Shown here: positions 50,201 to 61,194 of the stretch, piece after piece
Layout of the letters: every line of letters starts with the position of its first letter
Numbering within the stretch: position 1 is the first letter of the stretch
NCBI GenBank assembly: GCA_036172245.1
Contig: JAYWIR010000001.1
Span: 9,486,001-9,550,000 of the forward strand
Reading direction: 5' to 3'
DNA from: Raillietiella orientalis
Lineage: Eukaryota
DNA length: 64,000 bases
The notes under the pieces: generated by a model
Database searches by the model: none
Seen by the model: only the letters and a program-made list of their open reading frames with translations
Told to the model about the DNA's origin: nothing
Position numbers and translations under genes: made by a program

Positions 50201-53200
50201 CCCTGGAGGCATCTTTGGCAGTAATTCCTTCGCCAGGAACGTTGCTTTCCAAGACGATCTCTACCGGGTGACAAAAGAATGAGAAAACAATCAGGGAACA
50301 GGCCGCCTGCAAGGTCACCCTCTCTTCGCTTGTCACGGGGATCGGCTAGGCTCGTTCCCAGCTCGTGACCAGAGTTCTTTTTCTTTCTTGCGTGTGCATT
50401 TCTGTTCGCTTATTTGCCTTTCTTTCCATTTTCTTTCCCTCTCTCTCTCTTTTTTTTTCTGGGAGGAGGGGACGTCTTTACCAGATGCCTTTTGTTTTTT
50501 CAGCGTCTGGTCTAGCTCATCAAAAGACGGATTCCTCTCATTCTGTTTCCCTTTTCTTCCTCTTTTCCTCCGCCCTCACGAGGTTTTTCGAGGCGCAAGC
50601 AGGAAGCATCATGCATTAAATATGCTACCACGAAATTCTTCACCAGCAATTTCATGGGATTGCTCATGTGTTTGAGATGTAATGCGTTGAAGGATGCAGG
50701 AGTTTGTTATCGTCTCCCGTCTTTCTCCAGGCTCCTCCTTTTCTTCCTTTTTTCTCCTGTGTCACCAAGAACAAGTTAGTCTGTTTGTCCCTTTTTTTTT
50801 TTTCTAGAAAACTTGGTATTTGCGACCTCTCCCCAGACATTTGTTCGGGAGGTGGGAGGAAGGCAAAAGAGGGAGATGAGAAAAATAAGCGGGTGCTCTG
50901 GGGAGCGAAGGGGTCGTCCCCCGGGAATTTCGTGGATCCTCGATTATCTCTGAAGGAAGGGGCGGGTCCTCATTTTCTCCTACCCACTCCCTGGCTTCCA
51001 TCGTCGCTTCCAGGAAGAAGACAGTCTTCACATCTCCTGAGGATTCCGTGCCTCGCCCACTGAGTTTCTTGCAGTTTATTCCCCTCTCCACCTTCCTCGC
51101 TAACGTATGGAGCAGAGCGTCTTTGCTACTGCAGCCTCCCACTGCCAGTCGATGACGAACTCTGGGTTGCCAGGCAAACGTCTCGGTTCCCCTCATGCTT
51201 CTCAAGTTTGTCCTCTTCCTCATCGACCCCAGCATGGGTGCAGCCCAGCGTCCTCCCTAGACTTCTTAGAGTCCGCCCGTCTCTCGGAACGCCCTTCCGA
51301 GGATGCTCTTTCCGGAGAAGGATGGAAGGTGCGCGAAAGGAGTAAGCAGAAAAAGGGTGTAGCAGGAGGAACGGAAAGGACAAAGGAAGAAGAAGGCGGA
51401 AACGGGAATGGGCACGAGGAGGAGAATGAGATTTGGATGATGACGAGCAGAAATGGAGTCAGAGGGATCTGCGCAGCATCTGGCGAGACCATTCTCAGAT
51501 GCGAGATCTCTGGTGCATCACAGCTGCTGCTGCGACCAAGATAAGTTGGTTGGTCAAGCGCTCAGCAGGAACTCTTTCCATCTCCTCGGATAGTTTATTC
51601 TTCTAGCTCCGGTGTGCTCTTTTAGCACGCACTGCGGTCCCTCAAGGCAAAGAGCAGCCCAAGCGCTCTTGCTGCTACTGTGTGGAAGATCCCACACGGG
51701 TGGGACGGGATTCTGCGCTTCTCGGAGAATAATCATTCCTTTTTTCCCTTCTCGGAGAGGAAGTCGCTGGCTAGAAAGCCTATGGAGCGTCTCTCCGGCT
51801 CCGGGAACTGGGAATACATCCCGAATCGACAAAGCGTTTTCTTCTCCCTTGCTGGCCGTTTTCAATCCTCCCATTTCATCCCCTCCGGCCAGAGCCCCTG
51901 CTTCATCCCTCGTCTGTCCTGGAGGCCTCCTCTCTCGACGGCACGCAAAAAGGCACCAGACTTTCGTGGCGAAACGGAAGTGCAGCCAACGAGACGACGC
52001 CCGCCCACTACCGGATGATGGTCCTGGCAACAACTTGAGCCTGAATGGAAGGATCGAGGAGCGGAAAAAAGAGACAACTGACCGGGAATCGGGTGGAGTG
52101 AAAGGGAGAGCGTAATTGCAAAGTCGGGAGATGTAGAGAGGCGGCACTACTGCGTCTGCCCCGCAGAGGAAGGGGGAACAACGATGGTGTTTGAGGGAAA
52201 CAGCGTGCACGTGGCCAGCAGAGTGCATCGGACAGTCTTTCGGAAAGGCGCGGCCATTGCGCACCCGGAAGACCATGTCCACTCTTCCTGCTCTCCCTAC
52301 CTGGGGGAGCGAAGAAACCAAATCGAAAGGATGGACGGTAGTGTCGCGAGGCGGGCGTTTCGTTCCTTCACTTGCGGAACGAAGTCTGCGCCCGTCGCTT
52401 TCCTTCCCGATCCTCGCATGACCTTCGGCAAGGAAAGGGAAGGGAAGGAGGGGGGGGGGGAAGAAACCCCGAGAACGGGCTCGTGGGCGCAACGGAGAGA
52501 GGATACGGGAGAGAAGACCAGGGATGCTTTCCGGACCCTTTGACAACTGTCGTCACTAGCCTGCAGGGCAGTGCATGGGCTTCCGGAGACGAGGAGGAGG
52601 AACGTTCCGTTCTGGGTTTTCCGGTCCGCCACGCCGTTTCTGTCCCATCGCTCCTGCCAGGATGCGTGCATCACTTGGGAGCGATGCGACTCCGTGGCCG
52701 GGGGCGGCGCAGGAGGGGCAAGATCCAGGATGGGAGGCTCCCTTGAGGGAAGGGAGCTTCCGGGTGCCTTCGAACCGGTGGGAGGTTTTTCCCCATTCCC
52801 GGAACTCTACACTCTGATCTTAGCCGAAGGGCCGTGTTCCCCGGACGCCGGCAGAGGAGACTGCCATAGACCAGTCCCGTTCCTCCACTTCCCTCCCCGG
52901 TGGACAGTCGCGGCTTCCAAGTACCATCCGGAAGGTTCACCCCCTCCCCCACGGCACCGCGGACGGGAGAGAAAGCGGGAGAAAGGAAAGAATGGACATT
53001 TCAGGACTCACCGGGGTCGCTGTCAGCGTCAGGTCTCTCCCGAGTGCTGAGGAGGGCGCCACCCTCTTCCTGCTGGACTCTCCACATCCCAGGACTCGCG
53101 GCCTGTCGGGCGGCTGCCATAAATCCCAGTGATGAAGGATGGCGCGCGAAGCGGCCGTTTGTACCTTCGGGAGAGCCTCGCCTCTCCTATGCTCTCATTC

Positions 53201-55890
53201 GCCTCCTCCTTTTCCAGGCGGAAGATTCCAGGCGACCAGAGGAGGAGGGGGGGAGAAGGAGGGAAACCTTTCCGTTCCGCCGTTCTCTTTCCTCTCCCCG
53301 CGACTTTCCTCCCACGACGCCGCCTCCCTCCTTCGCCAGGAAACCGCCTACGCCCCTCTTCGCCTCTTCCTGTGGGAGAAGGACACGGAGAAGGTGCCTC
53401 ATCTCCCCTCGAAAAGGGAGGGAAGGGGTGGCTACGATCCGCCCTTTCTTTCGTTCTCCTTCCCCATTCGCCTCATCCAGTCCCGGGGTCCAGGATCCGG
53501 GGAGGAAGATTCATGTCCTTTTTCTCCTGGAACTTCTCCCCTCTTCTCGAAGGGGCGATGGTGTCACGGCCCCCTGGAGATCCTTGGAGGGACGTGCGGA
53601 AGGGATTCGGAATGGTTGGAGTCTCCTGCAGTCAGGGACGGCGAGGAGGAGCCGGAAGAACCGCAGGCTGCCTTTTCTCCCCTCGCCCTCCCCTCCTGCT
53701 TCCTCCCTCCTCCTACATGCCCCACTCCCCGCATTCTTCGTGTGAGAGCGCCAGAGGGTTCCGCTACCGCGGTCCTCTCACCTATGTGCGTGCTACGGAG
53801 CGGGAACCAAAAGGCTGACGAGAAGCCGGGATCCCGTTCTTCCCTCCCCGAGTCTCTCTGGCACCTCAGCAGGGAAGGAACCTCAGCGCTCCGACCCTTG
53901 AGAAGGCCCTGGGTGTGTCTGACCCTGCTCCGGAATGGCAGAGACGGCGAGTCCTTTTCGGAATGCGCTCGGTGCTCCTCCCACCTGGTCGCAGCCCCCG
54001 GCACACGGCCCGTGGGACGTCTCGCTTAGGGACTCCTCCCCCGCTCTCGGAGAACCGCCGCTCGCTTCCGGCAAAGTAGTCGCTCAGTAGGGCTGCCGCT
54101 CATTCGCCTGCTAAGCAGGGAAGAGAGAACGCCCGCATTGCCCCCTAATTCCCGCCCTACTCTCCTTGCCTTCGGAAAAGACCTTCGCTTCGGGGAAGGG
54201 TCCGGTCACACTCTCACTGGGGAGTGGAGGAGAAAGATCTCCCGTCGCTGCCTGCCTGCTCGGAGGCGAGCCATCTCTCTCTCCACGTTGGGAGAGAGAG
54301 TGGATCAGGAGAACTTGCGAAACGGAGGCAGACCCACGTGCTGTGCGTGTACGAGCGGCTGGCGCGCGCGCTCCGGGAAGAGGCGAGTGCATGTGCGCTT
54401 CCAGAGGGGTGCGCATCGGATGGAAAGCACTCACGGAGCTCTCGAGGGCGTGCAGGGGCAAGAAAGGAACCTGACCAGGTCTTTCGCCAGCGGAGTGTCG
54501 TATTGCCGCACCCCCCTCCTTCCCCTGGCTTCCGTCCGATCCCAGGAATGGCCTCCGGGAGGGAACGCTGATGCCGCCTCGGCGGGGCTCTCCCGAGGCA
54601 GACCCCCACGGAAGATTACGACTTGGGACTCGGGAGAGTCACCAGAGACCTTCCGGGAGCCTCGTCGCTGCCGGTAGGCCTTCCCTCGATGGTCCTTCCT
54701 GATCCCTCCGCAGTCTGCTCATCCCCGTAACCGCCCGGGATTTCGCGGTCGCGTTCTTCCAGAAGGGGGCGGAGGAAGGGAAGGGAAAGGGAAGAGGAGG
54801 AGCTCGGCTTTGGTACGCTTCCGCGAACGACCCGGAGGGAGACGGCGCATGCGCGCGCGTCCCCCGGGATCCGTGGGGAGTGGCGGCGGCGGCAGAGGCC
54901 GGGTTTGCTCTTGACGGGTCGGTGGCGCGTGGACGGGGGCGAAGGGCCCCGTCCTCCTGGGCTTCTATGAACGCATGCAGAGGCCCCCGGACGCGCCCTT
55001 GGCGCCGTCCTTCCCGCATCGATGGGGAGTGCCACACATGTCCCAGGGTGGGGAAGTTGGCTGCAGTCTTCTCCCGGACGGGGCGTCCGGCCTGGATGAA
55101 GCGGGGCGGCAGCGGGAGGTTCCGTGGCGCCGGCAGTCGCCTCTCTCCGGGGCGGAAAGTCTCCCTTCTTGTTCCAGAAAGAGAATCGCTGATGCCCTCG
55201 CAGGGGCTCCTTGGATCCCTCGTGCGGCACGGGCACCACCCGGGAGTCTCCCGGAGGACTCCCGGAGAAGCCCAGAGGGAAGCTGGTAGGGGGGCGGGAG
55301 GCGAATTCCTCCATTCTCCCGGCCTCTGAGCTTCCCGAGCTCTCGAGTCCCGCGCCGCCTGGCCGGGGAGGGAGCGGTGCCTCTCACATCGCCTCTCACG
55401 AGCAGGAGGAGAGCGCGAGAGGGGCTCGCATGAGACGGGGGCGGGCCGCATCCCTCCGTTCCTCCCCCGTGGGAGAGCCACACCTTCAAAGCCCTGCGGC
55501 ACAGACGGTGCCCCTCTCCCGGAGGGGGAGGCGGCTCCCGGATATCGATCGCTCCCGACCGGAGCGGGTGGAGGACGGGGAGGCCAGCAGCGCCGCCGCC
55601 TACTGGGACGGCTCCCTTGGGAAGAAGTGGGGAGAGCGGCCATCCGGAGAGGAAGGGCGCACGCCAGGTCCGCGGACGGGCGAGCACGCGAGCTCGGCTG
55701 CCCGGCCGCCACTCGCGCGCGCCACCCCTCGGTGGAGTCCGGCAGGCAGGAGGGCGTTCCCTTCAGGCCGCACGCGGCGTCGCCCTAGCGACAGGAGCGC
55801 GCGCGCGCCTCGGGAGTTGGCAGCGTCTCTCTCGCCTGTTCTCCGGAGGTCGTCGCGTCTTCCTCTTCGCCTGCAGCCGAGACCACGCAC

Positions 55891-55938
55891 TTGAGCGGGT
55901 CCGTCGACATGGTCGGGCCCATGTTCGCCCGTGTCCAT
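55891..55938 (-). CDS. Candidate first coding exon of Tmc (MDTGEHGPDHVDGPAQ)
   Basis: ATG in a good context (aggATGg), 16 codons, then donor caa|gtgcgt in phase 0, matching the phase-0 acceptor at 47249. No homology support. Confidence 0.35.
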
Positions 55939-56859
55939 CCTCGCCGGCCCACCCTCATCTTCAGCCCGCGCGCCTATCCCACTGCTCAGGAAGGAGATGG
56001 GGGAGGAACCTCCCGAAGGAGTGGCTGCCGTTCTGGGTCTCCTCGTGAGAGCGTCCGTCCGTCCTTCCCCCGATTCAGAGGGTCGCAGGAAGGAATAAAA
56101 CGATCCTCTCTCTCCGGGTCTCGAGGACAAACGGGCTGGCGGCTTGGCGTGTGGGGTGCGGCTGGTTCCGATCATGGGCTCCCTCGAAGGGGGTGGAAGC
56201 ACTCGGTACGGGACGCGCTCGGAGGAGGAGGAGGAGGGGGAGGGCTGGAGATGGCAGATGGAAAGAGGGCGCTTGTTGGGGATAATCCCTTTGGACCTGC
56301 CTTCCAGCCTTGCACAGGATGCTGCTGCTTCTGGAGCCGTTTCTCCCTAAGAGTCAGCCCCTGCTCCGCCTCAGAGTCTGAAACCTCCCTTGCTTGACCC
56401 GGATCTTAGGGGCTGCGCATCTTTCTCCCCCCCCCCTCGCCAGTGGCTTCGAGATCTTCCGAAAGAACGGTCTGTGACCTTTCCGATCTTGGTGGCCTTG
56501 TGGCGTGGAAAGCTTGTTTGGACCCCGGACGGCAAGTTGCCGGGAAGGTTGGCGCCGGCAGATCCGGAGGGCTCTGTGTTGATGAGGAGGAGAGGCTGCT
56601 GACCTTCAGGGTGGGGAAGCTCCCTGCGGGATCGGTTGCATCAGCATGCTGCCCTCGAGGAGGAGGTTGGAGATGAGATAGCGGGCAGGGCAGAGATAAG
56701 TCGCGCCCGCGCAACCCGATCACGCACACCCCACCAGCGCGCGACCTGCTTCTCCTCCTCGCAGCGAAGAGCAGGCACGAGGGCCCACGGAGCCCTTTAA
56801 GAACTGTGAACGCCGCCATAGGGTGCATGTCAACTCTCCAAGATAGGGATTATCCCGAG

Positions 56860-57520
56860 AGGGGACCACCTCATGAATCCAGGAAGAGGTCCGGAGGTAT
56901 GGGTCCGTTCCTCTCACGTTCGGAGAGGAATCTCCACTCTGGTTGTCTCCCAAGGGATCCCCGAAGGAAACCCTCGTCCTTATTATCCCTGGAGGGAACC
57001 TCGGAGGAGCAAATACTCTTCGTTTCTTCTCAGGAGGGAACCCTCCCTTCCTCTCGGAAAAAATCCGCTCCTTGTTTTCTTCCTCCGAAGAGAACCCCAA
57101 AGGGACACCTCCCAATTTCCCTGAAGGGTCGCTCCCTGAAGGGAGCAGAGCGCTTCTTGCACACTGGGGAGGCATCATCGATCCACCAGTTCCATGGTAC
57201 GAGATGGAGAAGATCCCCCCGAGGAAGGGGAACGCCTCGTTTGCATAACCAGAGGGGGAGAACCCCACAGGGAACCAGAATCCTTGGTTCTGATTCCTGG
57301 GAGGACCCTGGAGGGTCGACTCCTAATCCCGGCCACTCATCGGGGGTGTCCGCTATCCGCTACCAGTGCCTCATCCTGAGCCAGCAGAGGCCAACCAGTG
57401 TCCTGCTGAAGGGGGACTCGAACCCACGACACATCCATTTCTCGGCGCCAGTCTTCGAGTATTCGAACTCACGACGTTTGGTGGTGTCACGCGCGAAGAC
57501 CGTAACCACGCGGCTACCAA
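56860..57520 (-). mobile_element. tRNA-derived SINE-like interspersed repeat, copy B
   Basis: Minus strand: A box TAGCCGCGTGG, then B boxes GTTCGAATAC and GGTTCGAGTCCC. Body shares blocks with copy A (gggttccctcc.gagaa, cccttgggaga.aaccag, cttcctggattcat). A short fragment also occurs at ~31125-31157. Confidence 0.7.
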
Positions 57521-59439
57521 CGCAGGTATGGACTCTTTCCCCCAGAATGAAGGAGACTTGCGAAGACGGCGGGGCTATAGAGCTGTCACTTGCGGTGCTC
57601 CCTCGAAGGAGACAGGGGCGCGACTTTGCGGGGAGTGTCCTCCGGACAGGGTCGCAAGGAGTTCCGCGGGGCAGTCGAACTGTTTCCGATGGTGCATTCT
57701 GTCCTGCCCTTCAAGGAGTCGAGCCATCTCATCTTATCAAGGGGTGCGTTTTTTTTCCCCTCTTTCTCGGGTGTGACGAGACTCCCCAGGTTCGGCGGAG
57801 CCCCGTAGGCAGGAAATGACGAAAAGTCTACAGGTTCCGCCTTATTGTTGTCCTCGAGGTCTTGCTCGCCCCGCGGCCGAAGAAGGTTGTTTCTGCCTTT
57901 CCCTCCTCTTCCTTCCAAGTTTTCTGGGGCGCTTCTTGCTGTTGCTGCTCCCGGCTCTGCAGACTTCCTAGTGGAGAACGCAAGAGCAAACATCACGCTG
58001 CTTATCGGTGACTCCTTCGTTCCTTTTATCTGAAGACATCGAACTGCTCCTACGTCATTTTCCCTCATCTTCTGCAGCGGCGATAAGTGCCTTCCCTTGT
58101 TCCTTATCGAAGATGGTGATGGCTCCCGAAGGCCGTCTTGTTTCTATAGGGAGACGCCATGCGTCTCGGGACCTCGCAGCCTTGCAAAAGAGAGGCGGAG
58201 GAGAACGCAGCCGAAGTTCCAAGCCTGCTGCCGCCGGCTGGACCCGCGCGCGGTCTTCGTTTTTCTCCTCCAGCGGGTTCGGTTTCAGCAGCTCCGCGAA
58301 CCAACCCGTCCTCGCTGCTGCTGCCAGAAAAGGCAAAGACTTCCTACGGCGCACCCCCCTCCAGGGGGACCACTGAAAAGCCATGCAAAAGATCTCTCGG
58401 TCCTAGGCTACCTGCCCAACCATTGCGCAAGCCTTCGTCTGGAGCTAGAGACACACCGGACAAAGGATTATCTATCGCTCCAGAAAGAGAAGAAGGGGGA
58501 GTGAGAAGAAGAAAGCTGTTGTCCAGGACACAAGAGAGGCGCAGCCGATTCAGGAGGAGGGTCTGGCTTTCATCGAAAGCTCGCCTGAGAAGCGGGTACA
58601 CCACGTCCTCCGAGGAGGAAAAGGAGATGTGGCGGGAGTTCGAGAGACCCTTCCGCCGCTACTTCGCCCTCTCTTGCCTTCCCCGGTGGGAACTTTATTC
58701 AGAGTCGGCTTTGCGAGGTTTCGCACCCGCTGTCTTCGCGCTCGGGTGATCCGGAAGTGGGCCTGAATGATCCTTTCTTTTTCGGCAGGACCACCGCGCG
58801 ACCACAGAGCGTTCGTTCATTGTCGCGTCGCTTCTTTTCGAGTCCCGCGCTCTTGTGGACGATGCATTCGAGCTCAGGCGCCGTCAAGGTGTCGGTGGCC
58901 AGGCTGGGAGGTTCCCAGACAAAGGTGCCCCTCGAGACGGCGCCGACCGTCGACCGAGAAGTCCACAGTTGCTTTGGAGCGCTTGATGAGAGGGCGAGCC
59001 ATGAAGCTGCACGGTTCGTAGGCTACTGACTCGGTCTCACCGCGCCAAGCCAATGCAAAGCAGGGCGAGGCCTGGAGAGGGCAGGGGAGCAGGCGTCGGC
59101 CGGCACTCGCACACGAGCCACACACGAGCTGGAATTCCAGGCGGGAGAAGGCCGAGGGCACGCGCGCCATGATGGCATGCGTGCCTCTCTCGGTGCGAGC
59201 AAGGAGCTCCTCACACGCACCGAGAGGACCCCACTTTCAAAAACGGCAGGATGCTATATTTGGGTGAGGCCGATTACTCTGCGATCCGGAGCTGCGCCGG
59301 AGGTCCCTGGGCGCTCCGGCGTTCAAGGGAAGAGGAGATTTCCGTTCCCCGTCCCCACCCGGAGACTCCTCTTCCTTCTTCCCCTGCATGGGGCGGGAGA
59401 GATTGGACTTGGCTGGGTGCGCGAAGGGGCCGCGGAAGA

Positions 59440-59605
59440 GCAAGCACTTGCAAAGAACTCCAAGGAGAGGGAAAAGGAGGAGCAAGGGAGGAGAAAGAGG
59501 AAGAGGATGGCAGGAAGAGAAAGGAAGGAGGAGGAGGAGGAGAGGGAGAAGGAAGAAGAAGAAAAAGGTGATGACGATACGATAAGGAAGAGGAAGAAAG
59601 AAGAG
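59440..59605. repeat. Purine-rich (GAG/GAA) low-complexity tract
   Basis: aaggagagggaaaaggaggagcaagggaggagaaagaggaagagg...gaggaggaggagagggagaaggaagaagaagaaaaagg. Confidence 0.8.
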
Positions 59606-60660
59606 ACGCGCCGAGACGAACTGCATGTTCGACGTCCGCGAGCATGCAGGGGATAGGACGGGAAGGGAGGAAGAATTTCGTTCCTTCGTCCCTCTTGGAG
59701 GGGCTGGTGAGGTCGTCCTACGGTGGCGGATAAAGACACCCATCGCTTCCGCTCCCAAACCGTCGCCGGAGTTCAGCCGTGCGCTTCCTTGCTGGGGGTG
59801 ACAAGTTGGTCTCAGGCACCCAACGGCGGCGGAGGCCAGCCGCGCCTCCTCGCTCCCTCCGTACTACTGTCTGGAGGAGAACGGAGGAAACCTCCTTCCT
59901 GCTCTCCGCTCCTACGTGCTCCGGTCCACCAAGTGACCCCGCGGGAGGAGAGGACCGCCTCATCTCTTCCCAGGCGAAGGGAGGGCCCGCGCGACGTTTC
60001 CGAGAGCCCGTCCCACTGCTGATACTGCCGTCATCTCCCGTGGATCACGTGATCTCTTTTCGTGAGCACCGCGAGAAGTCTCGGTGCCAGCGGCTGCCAC
60101 CGGCAGGGCTTGATAAGCGCACGGAGACAGCCAGCTGACCACTCACCTCTCCTCTCTGGAGGTAGTCGGGATGCCGCCCCACTCACCCCTTGTGCGAGTG
60201 CGTACGAGAAGGCCGGGAGGGACGAGAGCCCTTCCCACCTCTTCCTTCTTGCCCATTCCTCCTTGTCCTACCCCGTTCCCGGACCATCGCGTTCGCCCTG
60301 AGGATTCTGGGAGAGGCCCCACGACGCTCCCGAAGGCGAGGGCTTCCCCGAAGGGGAGCTGAACGCCGAGGGAGAGTTCCCTCGAGATAGAGGGGTAGGG
60401 TCGTCGGGGACCAGCCCTCGGTGCCAACCCCCTAACTTCCTCCCCTTCCTCCCCCCCCGCTTTTGGGGAGGCGGTCCCCCTCCGCCCCTGGAGATCGCTA
60501 GCAGCCCAGCCGTCGGGAACCGCTCCCGGATCGCCTTCCCTTCCTCCTCGTCTCGGGGCTGTTCCTTCCCGCCTGCCGAGGAACCTTTCGGGACGAAGCC
60601 GAACCCAGGAATGCTTTCAGGTGTCCTCCCCTCCGCCAGGAGCGGCCGGAATCCAACGGA

Positions 60661-61194
60661 ATGAACGCCGACGCGAAGCCGGTCAAGGGCAACCCCATCC
60701 CAAAATGCAACCCTCTGAGCCGGATGTTCTTCTGGTGAGTAGCCGGTCGGCAGGATCGTGGCTGTCTTTCTTCACCGTCCCACTGCGGGACCTACTCCTG
60801 CCCCACGAGGTCCCTCCCTCCCGCCCGCAGCGCTCCTCAATCTGCGGAGCTCCTCGGGCCGGCGACTTCCCCCCTTCTCCTTCCGGGAGCGTGGTCTCGG
60901 CCCCCAGAAGAGGAAGTGGGAAAGGCGGCTCCACGTCTTTCGGCAACCGAGGGCGCTTCTGAGGGACGCGGGACCTCTTGGGCGGGAGGAATGTAGATGT
61001 CTTTTACCCGCGCCTCAGTGACCGGGAAGGCCACGCATTCCCGTTCGTGTCCTTCCGACGGAGGCCTCACTTTGCTCCCCCAGGTGGATGCTGCCCATTC
61101 TCCGCCTGTCTCACAAGAGGAACATCAGCATGGACGACCTCTTCGAGGTTAGGTGCGAAGACCGCACCGAGGTGCTCAGGAAGCGTCTGGACAG
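60661..61194 (+). CDS. ABCC4: ABCC4/MRP4-like ABC transporter, first two coding exons (gene presumably continues beyond the window)
   Basis: Exon 60661-60734 (MNADAKPVKGNPIPKCNPLSRMFF-W, donor tg|gtgagt) and exon 61084-61194 (acceptor ccccag; WMLPILRLSHKRNISMDDLFEVRCEDRTEVLRKRLD, donor ag|gtgaga). Together they give the ABCC lasso motif (recalled human MRP4: [53 protein letters not shown]). Not present in the ORF track. No third exon found before 64000. Confidence 0.85.

Noticed and set aside
57410-57520. tRNA gene
   Set aside because: A and B boxes are present, but I see no complete cloverleaf or terminator, and the sequence continues into a repeat body, so it is called a SINE head.
47300-60600. 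Many long overlapping ORFs (e.g. 51554-52546, 52900-53745, 54639-55712, 56806-57819)
   Set aside because: They occur in all six frames, are Arg/Pro/Gly/Ser-rich and show no recognisable domain. This is expected from stop-codon scarcity at high GC. One overlaps the SINE.
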